This document shows positions 23,083-35,237 of a stretch of DNA of 64,000 bases, piece by piece. The notes beneath the pieces were generated by a model. The model made no database searches. It worked only from the letters and a program-made list of their open reading frames with translations, and had not been told where the DNA came from. The stretch is taken from NCBI GenBank assembly GCA_965235115.1, contig OZ249440.1, positions 24,428,001 through 24,492,000 on the forward strand, written 5' to 3'. A program made the position numbers and the translations under genes. Each line of letters begins with the position of its first letter. Position 1 is the stretch's first letter. This DNA is from Laetmonice hystrix (lineage: Eukaryota).

Positions 23083-25259
23083 ATTAATAAACCGTCAAAT
23101 TGTCGGTAATGCACACTCTGAAAGCAGAGATTTTAGAATGCAAGCGGGACAATTTTGCGTCCAATAGCTGAGCATTACAACCACCAAATAAAAGTTGGAC
23201 AACACAGCCTGCAAAACTCGATTGGCTCCAAAGCGCAAATGATAAAAGTATTGGAGCTTTTGCAGCCTCCAAATTATATTTGCGGTATTTCAGGCTCTGG
23301 CTGTTGTACTGTAGCCTATAGGTTCAGGTATTAGGCCGAGCATAGCTGGGGCAGCGTCGTGCGTGGGTTCTCGGTGAATGCCTGGTATCTTATAGTGCTG
23401 CACTTTGTTGCTTGTTATCTTTATGATCCTTGGTTTGTGGAGTCGTGTTGCGCGCCGGGTCAGCCTCAGGTCTTGCCTCTGGCTGTACGTTGTAGAATCT
23501 GTTCCGTTTCACCGTTACCAAAAAAAGCTGAACGATCTCACCCCGGCCATCAATAAATACCCGTACATGCAGACTGTTGAGTGCAGCTGGGCAGCAGTTT
23601 TCAGCGGGCCCCTTGACTAGCCTAGCAGCTTTCTGTGTGGCCTCCCACATACTATACAAAACAGTCCAAGCCGATTAGATTAGTCTTCACTGCATGCAGT
23701 CGCGAGTTTTTTTTTCTTTTCAAGAGGAAGCTAGTTTAGAAACTTGTTGAAACGAAATTTTGTCATTTTGTCGGGAATCTGTCATCCGTATTCAATTTGT
23801 AGCTTGGACAGGGTGAATATTGGGTGAAAATTAACTCCCGATTGTTCAGGCCCAACTCAGTTTTGTCAGGCGAGATCCATAAGATCTGGAGGTCGGATCT
23901 ATCGTATACCCGGTTAGCCTCTTGCAGCCACAGCCCAGTAACTCCCCGCATGTGTACACAGGAACTGTCGACGTCTGTCTACAATTCCACCCATCTGTCT
24001 ATAAAGTAATGCGCTCTTGGTATCTAGTAACATGGTACCTTGTCGGATCCTGCTGAGTGCGAAATATAGGAACAGAGACATTCACAAGTCAAATGTGTGC
24101 TCTTTTATAGGTAAAGTAAAAGAGTCATTTTCCTGTGTGTTGCCTGGGTGTTTGCTGTCAGGTATAGGGAGTGATCGGGAAGACCCGGGACGAGTTGGGA
24201 TGACCTTAGCTGGGTGATTGACACGGCCTGGCGGGAGACGGTATATCTCCCCCAGCAGGTCGCAGTCATCCTTCAGACACGGCGGCTAGGGGCTTTCACA
24301 TCACCTAATGATCCTCGCCGTGTCTTGTGGGTCGCAGGGGTCAGGAAGACCCCGGATGTTGAGGCGTAAATTGGTGGTTGATTACCGACCCTTCGCCAGG
24401 GGGCGTTGTCGATCACCAGCGGGAGAACCAACGCGAAGTGTTCTCGCCGTGTGGCGGTTCTCGGCAGAATGTTGATAGGTGTACCTCTACCAAGGGGTTG
24501 GGGGTTTGGGGGGGGGGGGGGGGGCACGGGTTTCACCGTTGTAGTGGGTCCTTAGAGGCAGCAAGGGTTGAAGTTAAAATATCCCTTGTGTTCTGAGAAC
24601 AGAGCGTTATTTTGTCGAGGTTTTTGAACGGAAGATCTCCTTCCTATGGTTCCTTGGTGTAAGTGAGGTCACGTGATATATGCATCGTTTGTTATTGGTC
24701 AGTGACATTTGTTGACCGTAATCTTGGATCGCCACATGACTGATCTATAGCGATCTAAGACGCCGTAACCTTTACCAAACGCGCTTAGTTGTTCTGCCGA
24801 CAACTGTGCTCGAGGGGTACATACATATAATATATGAGGGCTGTAACATGACGGTGTATTTCGGGGAGATTATAAGGTCAAATAACATTATTTCAATATT
24901 TATGTCAGGATAATTGTTATCATGTTTAATGAATGACTATACGTTATCTTTGCGAGGTTTATTTCGGTGTTTTCAAGGTCCTGGCCCCAGTTTCTAGTTC
25001 GTTATTTTGCCAATCTTAAGACTGGAATTTTAAGACTGACTTGTGTTATGGTCTCTCAATGGCTGACTTCATTTGAAGGACCAATCAAAAGCTCTGAAAC
25101 AAGAATTCAATCTTAAGATTTGAATCTTAAGACTCAGTTTCCAAACTAAAAACCGGTCCCTGGGGTTGGGGTGGTAGGAAGGTGTGAGGAGGGCATCGGA
25201 CTTGATATACTCTGACGTTGATGTAGACGTGTATGTGTGTGTTGTGGGGGCGGGATGGG

Positions 25260-25360
25260 ACTGGCCGGCTGGCTGGCTGGCTAGCTGGCTGACCGGCTGG
25301 CTGGCTGGCTGGCTGGCTGGCTAGCTGGCTGACCGGCTGGCTGGCAGGCCGGCTGGCCGA
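25260..25360. repeat. (GGCT)n microsatellite
   Basis: Read directly. Confidence 0.9.
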
Positions 25361-25830
25361 CAGAGGGGAAGGGGGTGGTCCCGTGACTGACCAGACTTCC
25401 CGACATCTCTATGTCTTCAGTACCGGCCGGGTCTGGCATCTGTCACTCGGCTTTATTCCATTTCAGGATCCTCCTCGTCTCTCAACTGCATGGTCGGACC
25501 ACCCACGGCCCAGCGCGGACAGACCTCCGCCTCGGTCTTTGTGGTCGTTCAACATTCCCCACTTAATGAGAGACTGAAGATGAAAGGACCAGCTTTAACT
25601 TTGGCTTTCGACTCAATGCTTGGAGTCTCTTTTTGTCTGGTAAAATGGCAAGGAAGTAGACGTTTTGATACACTCTGAACTCTGCCAATCGGAGCAAGGT
25701 GATTTCCCCAAGCCTTTTCCCCAAGCCTTGTTTTCTAGACAGCCTAAGCAGACCACGTTTGAGGTCCACATGGTCTTGCCCGTCGTATTCAACAGTTTCT
25801 TCTTCCTTTGCTCATGTTCCTGCTGCTGCG

Positions 25831-25831
<1 letters not shown>

Positions 25832-25861
<30 letters not shown>

Positions 25862-25968
25862 CTTCTTCTTCTTCTTCTTCTTCTTCTTCTTCTATCTCTT
25901 CTTCTACCTCTTCTTTTTTACTTCTACGTCTTCTTCTACGTCTTCTTCTTCTTCTTCTTCTTCTTCTT
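25832..25968. repeat. (CTT)n microsatellite, interrupted
   Basis: Read directly. Source of the poly-F, poly-S and poly-L ORFs. Confidence 0.95.
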
Positions 25969-26040
25969 AAAGGCAGGAGAAATGATATTGGATGGCGGCG
26001 AGTTACAGGTTATGTTTACGAGTTATGGTTACAATAATAG

Positions 26041-27055
26041 CGGGACGGTATGGTTACAGGGTAGTATAGGACAGTATGGTTACAGTATGGGACGGTATGG
26101 TTGCAGGGTAGTATGGGACAGTATGGTTACAGTATGGGACGGTATGGTTACAGTATGGGACGGTATGGTTACAGGGTAGTATAGGACAGTATGGTTACAG
26201 TATGGGACGGTATGGTTGCAGGGTAGTATGGGACAGTATGGTTACAGTATGGGATGGTATGGTTACAGTATGGGACGGTATGGTTACAGGGTAGTATGGG
26301 ACAGTATGGTTACAGTATGGGACGGTATGGTTACAGGGTAGTATGGGACAGTATGGTTACAGTATGGGACGGTATGGTTACAGGGTAGTATGGGACGGTA
26401 TGGTTACAGGGTAGTATAGGACAGTATGGTTACAGTACGGGACGGTATGGTTACAGTATGGGACGGTATGTTTACAGTATGGGACGGTATGGTTACAGGG
26501 TAGTATGGGACGGTATGGTTACAGTATGGGACGGTATGGTTACAGGGTAGTATGGGACAGTATGGTTACAGTATGGGACGGTATGGTTACAGTATGGGAC
26601 GGTATGGTTACAGGGTAGTATGGGACAGTATGGTTACAGTATGGGACAGTATGGTTACAGTATGGGACGGTATGGTTACAGTATGGGACGGTATGGTTAC
26701 AGTATGGGACGGTATGGTTACAGTATGGGACGGTATGGTTACAGTATGGGACGGTATGGTTACAGGGTATAGTATGGGACAGTATGGTTACAGTACGGGA
26801 CGGTATGGTTACAGTATGGGACGGTATGGTTACAGTATGGGACGGTATGGTTACAGGGTATAGTATGGGACAGTATGGTTACAGTACGGGACGGTATGGT
26901 TACAGTATGGGACGGTATGGTTACAGTATGGGACAGTATGGTTACAGTATAGGACAGTATGGTTACAGTATGGGACGGTATGGTTACAGGGTAGTATGGG
27001 ACGGTATGGTTACAGGGTAGTATAGGACAGTATGGTTACAGTACGGGACGGTATG
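26041..27055. repeat. 21-bp minisatellite (gggacggtatggttacagtat) with longer variant units
   Basis: About 40 units read directly. Confidence 0.97.
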
Positions 27056-29703
27056 ATGCTAGCGTCGGTTGGTGTGATGCTGGACGCCCATACCTGGTGG
27101 ACATTCACACAGGTGGGCAAGGCTCTGACATTCCACCTGTGGACACCATGGACCAGGTGTAAACCTTCACTGTCCACTGGCACTGACCACTGCTGCTTCA
27201 CGAACGCACACTCCTTTATTTAAAGGATAACTCTACCTAGCCCAGCTCCAGGAAATGGAGAAATTTCATGATATTGACATTAGTTCTATAAACTTAAAAA
27301 AATAAAATAACCTGCTGGGTTTTTATATGGTTTGTAATTATGCCTGCGTTATGTTTGAATAACAGAGGTAGTGTCTAAAAGAGGAGGGAAATTAAGGGTG
27401 ATCTGAGGTTGAATAAAGCCAGGCAAAGTAGCACCAACCTAATATGGTATTCAGTTTCTCCTCAGGTTCTCATCAGAGAACAGGATATGCAGGCCATCAG
27501 GTTGGCTACATGTTGTCCTTAGCCAATGTGTGAACGACAGTAAATAATGCCAAGGTTATCACCATTCACACTCTGCCGCCTTCTGCTGCCGCCAGACTGC
27601 GCCAGTAGTCCGAGTGCTTCAGCTAATATGTTGATTTCAGATTGGAGTATTTTATTTATCACCTTCACGTCTTGTCATCAGTGAAATGGCCCCATATGTC
27701 TGAGGGAGTAACTATCGCATCCCATGAGGTTAATGTGGCGGGTGGCAGTGAGAGTAATGGCTCGATTGGTGTTAAGATCAGTGACGACAATTTACTCATA
27801 TCAACTGCTCTTTCAACTGTAGGTTTACCCGTGGCCTAAAGAACAAATTAGGAGAGATTTAACTCTAAGGCCATTAATAGGGAGAAGGCACGGGTATTAG
27901 CGCGATTTGATGGGCACAAAGTGTATAAAATTACCATGCTTTATGTGCTGATGTTGTTTAAAAGAAGTGAGGATTTTTAACCTGAGTAATTCGTCAGTGT
28001 CAGGGGCCATTCACTGTTATTGGATTCAGATCAGACCAGAGAAAGGACGCTTTCCCAAAGCCAAGATAGTTATCATTAAAAAAAGCCTTCAGAAAGCGAA
28101 CGACTGAATTTGTATTTAGTTTAGTGATCATTTTTTCAGATTCTGTAATGACAGACATAATTTGTCTTTTTGGAGAAAGCCATACACCATGCAGATATAT
28201 AGGCTGAAGATAATCAATCTAGTATATTTTTTTTGGTAAATACATGCATATTCCCCCCTTTTCCCCTTCAATATATCCTCCTTTTTTTATTTTATTTTCT
28301 GACTTATGCTCCCCATTTTGCATGGTATTTTACCTGGACGGTATGTTTGGAGGAGGCGGGGAAGTGGCTTGTCTCGTCACCAGTGACGGCGGCAGCCTGG
28401 TGTTGAGTAATGAATGGGTAGCACGTGTTTCTCCGGGATCCTGCCCCGTAATCCATCAACATCAGGATGTTTAGACTACCTACAGGTAGTTTAAACCTGG
28501 CGCCTTCTCTATACCTGAAGCTAAACGAAACATGTCAACACGTAAGGCTTGAAAGTCGCGCAAAGGTGTAAAAATCCAGTTCAAGCAAGATTGTTTTTCC
28601 AGTACATCTTCTGCAGATACTTAACAGCTGAACACGTTTCTGGCAATTCCTCTTTGGCTCTGATATTTTTATGTGTTACCTGTCTTTAACAGGTATGTGG
28701 GTTGAGCCGCATTTGTATAATACACATCTCTAGTTCAACATTTTTTTTGCTGTCGTGTACACCTCAAAACGTTTTGAAGACCTCTAAGAAGGGGAGGTAA
28801 TATACGAGATGGTGAAAGTTATTAAAGTTTAATTTCAGTACGGTCATGGTCTAATGTGCACCTTAATAATCGTCCGCCAATTTCTACATCTCCTAAAGGA
28901 TCAATCCTCCTTTAGCGGTCGGGAGGAAATAACATTTATTTTACCGGGCATGGAGTAGGCGAACGTACTCAAGGTCCAGTCACATGGGCAGAAAGTGGCA
29001 CTCAGGGAGCGCCCATGACCGCTCAGTTTTGGAATTGGTCATGCAGGCTCGAGAAGGACCACGTTGTATTGAAAATTACCATGTTACACTGAGAGTCCCC
29101 AGGGTAAAACCCATGGTATGTGACGTCCCTTAAAGTGGTCCGTTTTGTGCCCTCAGACGGATCACCCTGTTACCGGCCCTGAAACCCCCCAACCCTCCAC
29201 CAACCCCTGCTCACTCCACTCTCTACCCCAGGAGGCATTTAGCAGTCATCATGATCCACTCCATGTCGGTATTCTGAGTGCTTTTTGAGGTTTCCATTGA
29301 GAAGTTTGAGAGGCGGTAGGGTTTAGGAGTGTGGCCAGCGTGTGGTGGCTGTATCGCCGGGCGCGGGGCCTATGTATGCCCAGGCACTGCTCTATTATTC
29401 ACAAGTCCCTCACGATCTGCCCCTTGGTCTGACCATCGCAACAGACGGTCTCATCCATCAGAACAAAACAATTAGCTGACAGTAGGCATCCTAATCCTGC
29501 CGTAATCAAGTTACTCACATCATGCCGGACCTATTAAAGGAGGCGGTAGTGGGAACAGTTATCTGCCATGGCTTCCTGTCCCGGAAGTCAACTTTGACCT
29601 GGGTCTATGTCATATTGTCATTCCACGCTTCACATATCAGTACAGCTGGCCATGTTATTATTTTGGTTTCCTGAACGTGATCTACGCCGATAATTATCTG
29701 ATG

Positions 29704-29881
29704 CAGGCGCGGATCCAGAGGGGGGGGGGGGTCCGGACCCCCCCCCCTCCCCCGCTCGGGACCAACTTAGGTTTTTGCTATGTTATCGGGGAAGGGCCCC
29801 AGAGTATTGCCCCCTCCCCCAGCGGCTCGCATCTTTCGGACCCCCCCCCCTCCCCCGCAAAAATTCCTGGATCCGCGCCTG
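29704..29881. mobile_element. MITE, TIR CAGGCGCGGATCCAG, 5-bp TSD TGATG
   Basis: Perfect inverted termini, with TGATG on both flanks. Confidence 0.9.
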
Positions 29882-30068
29882 TGATGCCCATTCACCAAGG
29901 TCCTAGGTGGGAATCAATGTGGGCCATCCTTTGGTTTAGGCGTAGAGGGATGATCCGGTCGTAAGTATAATAGGTGGAATTCCAAGGTTCTTTCGTTGAA
30001 ACGTAGGCCGAATATGGGCATTATAGTCATTGAAAGTAAGTCTGAGGGGGTCGCCAAAGGACATCTGA

Positions 30069-30247
30069 CAGTGGCGGATCCAGGGGGTGGGGGTGGGGGT
30101 TAGGGGGTTGCACCCCCTTACGAAGTAATTTTTCTGTTGCTCTATTTGAGAGGTTCAAACCATATATAGCACACAACCCCCTTGGCACCCCCCCCCCTCT
30201 CGCCTCCCTCCCCCCCCCCCCTTGGCGCAAACCTGGATCTGCCCCTG
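30069..30247. mobile_element. MITE, TIR CAG(T/G)GGCGGATCCAGG, 5-bp TSD TCTGA
   Basis: Inverted termini cagtggcggatccagg / cctggatctgcccctg, with TCTGA on both flanks. Confidence 0.85.
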
Positions 30248-31408
30248 TCTGAACTAATAGATCTTCGATTTCTTTGATTGAGAATGGGTGACTTGCAAAG
30301 CCGTCGTATTGTGACTGATAGCGCTGTCATAACGCATGACTGGCAGTGCTATCATAACGGTTTCTGATTAAAAACCAAGTTTTGACCAATCCTGCCCCCA
30401 GCCTAAAGTAGGCTAGACCTATACGTTCCCGATGTTCTGAGTTTCTTCCTCAGCCGCCCTGCTCTGCCTATAGGTATACCGTGTTTTTGTGTATATGAGT
30501 GTGCAGTCATAATTATAAGAAAATTAGTTTCATGTCACACGTCGGGGCATACTGTCTCCGTGAATTATACTGTTTCCACGTAGAACTGAATATCTAGACC
30601 GGGGCTGGAATTTGCAGGGCGTCACTATAGCTAGGATTGCTGCAGCGAGAAGCTGTTTATACATTATACAGTGTGTCGCCCAATTAAAAGAGGGTCCTTA
30701 TTACTACTTAATAATAAAAATAATTTGAATCCATAACACAAATTTTGAGGCACGTTAAGCATTGAAACGTTCTTAAGGCCAAAGAATATTTAAGCCGAAA
30801 TCTACTAGTTTTATACAGTTGTTTTTCAAACGTGGCACCTTTTTGGGGACAGACTTTGGTGGACGTCGACACGACTAACCGGTCACGTAATTGGGCAATA
30901 GTTTAGTTCATTAGAAACCTATCTGTGTGGAGGAAGGTAAAAGGTAAACAGAGACTGACCATGCTACTTTTAGAGCTTTTAAACATTTCTAGATGTTTTT
31001 AAGGAATCTTTGTATTTTAAGTTGTCTTTCATTACAGCATTGTAAAGCGAAACTATCTGGATCGAGCCTCAGCACTAATCGGGGTAAGGGGTGCATGTAA
31101 GTCTACTGCCTTCTTAATGTTCCAGACACTGAGTAAAAATGTGAATGCTTGTAAAATGCTTGTTAAAATAACATGCTCATGTAGGCCTATATATCCAACC
31201 CAAAAACATAAGGGATGAAACAATACCCTATAGAATTTGGAATATTTGATTTCTCCTTTTACTCATAGAAGAATGCCTTTGGTGAATAGACCAACACTCG
31301 TCGCCCATGTTAGCCCATGGCATGTGGATATTCCGCAGGCAATAAACCAATATTCTAGTGTGGTTGTTTGCCATTTTCATTTCACAACCGGAGAAGATAT
31401 GAGCGGAG

Positions 31409-31554
31409 GACCTGCGGGTTCGTACGACCTGCAAGTTCGCACGACCTGCAGGTTCGCACGACCTGCAGGTTCGCACGACCTGCAGGTTCGCACGACCTGC
31501 AGGTTCGCACGACCTGCAGGTTCGCACGACCTGCAGGTTCGCACGACCTGCAGG
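31409..31554. repeat. 17-bp tandem repeat (gacctgcaggttcgcac), about 8.5 copies
   Basis: Read directly. Confidence 0.95.
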
Positions 31555-33484
31555 TCCGTCCAGCCTGGCCTGGCCGTGCGTGTGGGTCTGGGCTAATACC
31601 TTTAGCTGGTCGGTGGGAGATGTCTGCACTAGATCACAATAGCTTTTAGAACATTAACTTGGCACTTTGTGAGCGGAAGGCTATATTATGTTGAGCATGT
31701 TGTTGTCAAATCCTCCGTAAACAGAAATGACTGAATGTGGTGGAAGAGGTTTGAATCTATGATTATAGAATGTAGCCATATAGAATGTAGCATAAAATCC
31801 TAATAAAATCATTTCTTAATATTGCATTATCGTATGGATGTCATGAAGGGGACGTTAGAATTGAGTCTAAGCCATTTGGCAGCAGACTGGGATATACATG
31901 GGGTAGGAGAAAATATTTGGCGGTGAGTTATTGTTATTTCTGGCTCAATACCATCAACAGTCCATAATCCTCTCACGGCATCGCCGGGCGATTACTGGAG
32001 TAGTGAGGCCCACACAGGAGGCGTGCCAGGGGGTCACCTTATCCTGTTTCCTCAACTGAATCTTCACTAAGTGTTATTGGATTTAGAATTGATGCCTGAG
32101 AAGACCCACTTCCTGGAGCAGTGCTAAGCACTTGGACTGTCATTGTGGTATAGTTGGAGTGGTTTGCAGCCAACTGAACAGCAGCAGCCAAGGCCGGGGT
32201 GAGCTGCCTTTTGATTGGCTCTGCGGTGTTCAGTGCGGCCGGTGAACGGCCCGCCGCCGCCGCCGGCCCGCGTGAGGCCCGGGGGCGGCAGGCACGGGGA
32301 GTAGTTGGCTTGGTGGTGGGAGGCGCTACCAGCAGAGATAGGGAGGAGATCGAGCCTCGCGGACACCATGGAGTTGTGTCGCCGGTAAGCCGCCACAATC
32401 AGCTCTGACGCCGGGCCTACAGCGACCAGCTTGAGTTATCTGAACACTGCTGTCTGACACACCAGACAGCCCGCTGGATCCAAGCATCGCTTACTTATAG
32501 AGGAAGCTATAGACACCTTAATACTTTGCCTCGAGGATCAAACTGTAATCAGATCTTTTAAAGAAGCATCTTGGAAGCGAGAGCTCCAAGAGGTTCACTT
32601 TCTCATGACGTCCTTCATAAAAAGGATGTCCAGTGTCATCCACCGTCACTAGGCCTCAATAATACCAACCGAGCTACAACCCCGTGAGCAGCTGAAGTTG
32701 GAGAAGTTGAAAGATTAAGTGTTGACGGAGAGAGATGTAGAGATTACCGTATATACTAAGTTTACAGGAGGTGGATATCCTTACGTGCCGTCAGCGTGAG
32801 ATGTCCGCTGGAGATCGACGATCGAGCTGACTCGTTCTACACCAGTGATTGCCGGCCGAGTCGGCCCCACACTCGGGTGTTTCCTTACGGGCGACACTTC
32901 CCCGTCAGTCACTACCAGAATATTCGCCGGGTGTTCCTCCTTGACATCCTCCGACACATTGCTTGTTTGTTCAAGTCGTCTTTATGCAGTGAAAAGATGT
33001 GAGTAGAAATATTTGTACAAGACGCTGTCTCTTCACTGATATTGCGTCATTCACAACGGCACCAAAACAAATTGAGGGTTAGCTGTCCATCAACGTGTAC
33101 GGTGCATGGGATTCCGGGATATTACTTTACTTCTGATCATGTCTTGGGTCTGATAATTCAGTTCAAACAGTCCAGACTTTAGCCGTTGTATTTTGGCACT
33201 GAAAAGAAGCGTTGTCGATGCAGATAGTGAGCCTATAAAAAGGCAGGCTCTATATATAGCCTGTTTTGTGACATCCGAACAGAGCTTCTAGTTACAAATA
33301 ACTGCAGAAAATGACTGCGGGTGATGCTTACATTATGTATGATAATGTAAAAGTTTGTGAACACGTCTCGGATACTCGGATGTAAAGCTGTGAGTTTGTC
33401 AGCGATTGCCAACAAAAACTAAAGTGGCAAGCACACAGGTTATTCCTCCGTGATAACATTCGAAAGAGATTGGGGTGATGGGGT

Positions 33485-34200
33485 AGGGGCAGGGATGGGG
33501 AATGTTTTGGGGAGGTCTGGGGACCTGGAGTAGGAGTTAGGGGCAGGGATGGGGGATGTTTTGGGGAGGTCTGGGGACCTGGAGTAGGAGTTAGGGGCAG
33601 GGATGGGGGATGTTTTGGGGAGGTCTGGGGACCTGGAGTAGGAGTTAGGGGCAGGGATTGGGAACGTTTTGGGGAGGTTTGGGACCGGGAGTAGGAGTTA
33701 GGGGCAGGGGTGGGGAACGTTTTGGGGAGGTCTGGGACCGAGAGTAGGAGTTAGGGGCAGGGATGGGGAATGTTTTGAGGAGGTCTGGGGACCGGAAGTG
33801 GGAGTTAGGGGCAGGTATGGAGAACGTTTTGGGGAGGTCTGGGGACCGGAAGTGGGAGTTAGGGGCAGGTATGGAGAACGTTTTGGGGAGGTCTGGGGAC
33901 CGGAAGTGGGAGTTAGGGGCAGGTATGGAGAACGTTTTGGGGAGGTCTGGGGACCGGGAGTAGAGTTAGGGGCAGGGGTGGGGGACGTTTTGGGGAGGTC
34001 TGGGGACCGGGAGTGAGAGTTAGGGGCAGGGATGGAGAACGTTTTGAGGAGGGATGGAGACCGGAACTGAGAGTTAGGGGCAGGGATGGAGAACGTTTTG
34101 AGGAGGGATGGAGACCGGAAGTGGGAGTTACGGGCAGGGATGGACACGTTTTGAGGAGGGATGGAGACCGGAAGTGGGAGTTACGGGCAGGGGTGGGGAT
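33485..34200. repeat. G-rich 54-55-bp minisatellite, about 13 copies, drifting in sequence along the array
   Basis: ggggcagggatggggaatgttttggggaggtctggggacctggagtaggagtta is repeated. Confidence 0.95.
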
Positions 34201-34648
34201 AGGGAACGCCCGACTTCATGGATCTAAGATCTAGCACGGGCATATCTCGGAGTTAAAGGGAATAGAAAAGTTCAAACTATCAATATAAGGGTGTTCAGCA
34301 TGAACAAGCTTGTTCTTACCTACAATTCTGTGATTATCTGATCTTTAATAAAGGAATAATCAACCGAAATGTAGAGACATTCTCCCGCTGGCTTCGTCGG
34401 TTTGTTTACCCTATTTGGCCATTATCTCAATCTATTAATAGATATAGCTCCCGCTGTCTCGCGTGGGAAATAGCGAATGACCCGGGCGGTATTTTTAAAA
34501 AGTCGCCGTAGACAGTGTTCCACTTATCGGTGTGACCTTAGACACTTTATATGATGTTACTGGTGTTCAAAGGTACGTTAGTGAGGAACTTTTGCTTTAG
34601 GTTTAACTCGCGACAAAACTGTCTCATCCTGGCCAGTCTGCGGTTCTA

Positions 34649-35237
34649 TAGAGTGAGTCAAAAAAACTAGACACTTTTTAAAAGGCCCACTGTTTTATTG
34701 TGTACCAATATATACAATATATTTTTGCTTGTGCTTATGGAGCAATTCTTCCTGCATCTTTTGGTACCAGTCATGCTTGATTGGTGTTCATGCATGACCG
34801 CACAGGAGACAATTAAGGGACAAGGGTAAAATCTGACCTGCGCCAACTGACCAGAGCTGGGTATGAACAAAAATCAACCAAGGCTCTTTGCTGAGGAGTG
34901 AATTGTGGACGCACCATACTGTTGCAGTGCCAAGAAGGCCTAATGAGGCCTATGAGCACGTGTGTGTGATTTGAATTAACTGATTAAACCAGGGGCATGA
35001 ACATTACTTGGCTATCCATTTCATATCCAGCTCTGATCAGTTGGCGCAGGTCAGATTTCACCCTTGTCCCTTAATTGTCTCCTGTGCGGTCACGCATGAA
35101 AACCAATCAAGCATGACTGGTACCAAAAGATGCAGGAGGGTTGCTGCATAAGTACAAGCAAAAATATATTGTATATATTGGTACACAATAAAACAATGGG
35201 CCTTTTAAAAGTGTCTAGTTTTTTTTTACTCACCCTG
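34649..35237. mobile_element. Tc1/mariner-type non-autonomous fold-back element, 589 bp, about 215-bp TIRs, TA TSD
   Basis: Left arm tagagtgagtcaaaaaaactagacac... is the reverse complement of right arm ...gtgtctagtttttttttactcaccctg. TA at 34647-48 and 35238-39. Confidence 0.9.

Noticed and set aside
25665-26179. Poly-F/S/L ORFs and a minus-strand poly-R/poly-E frame
   Set aside because: Products of the (CTT)n microsatellite.
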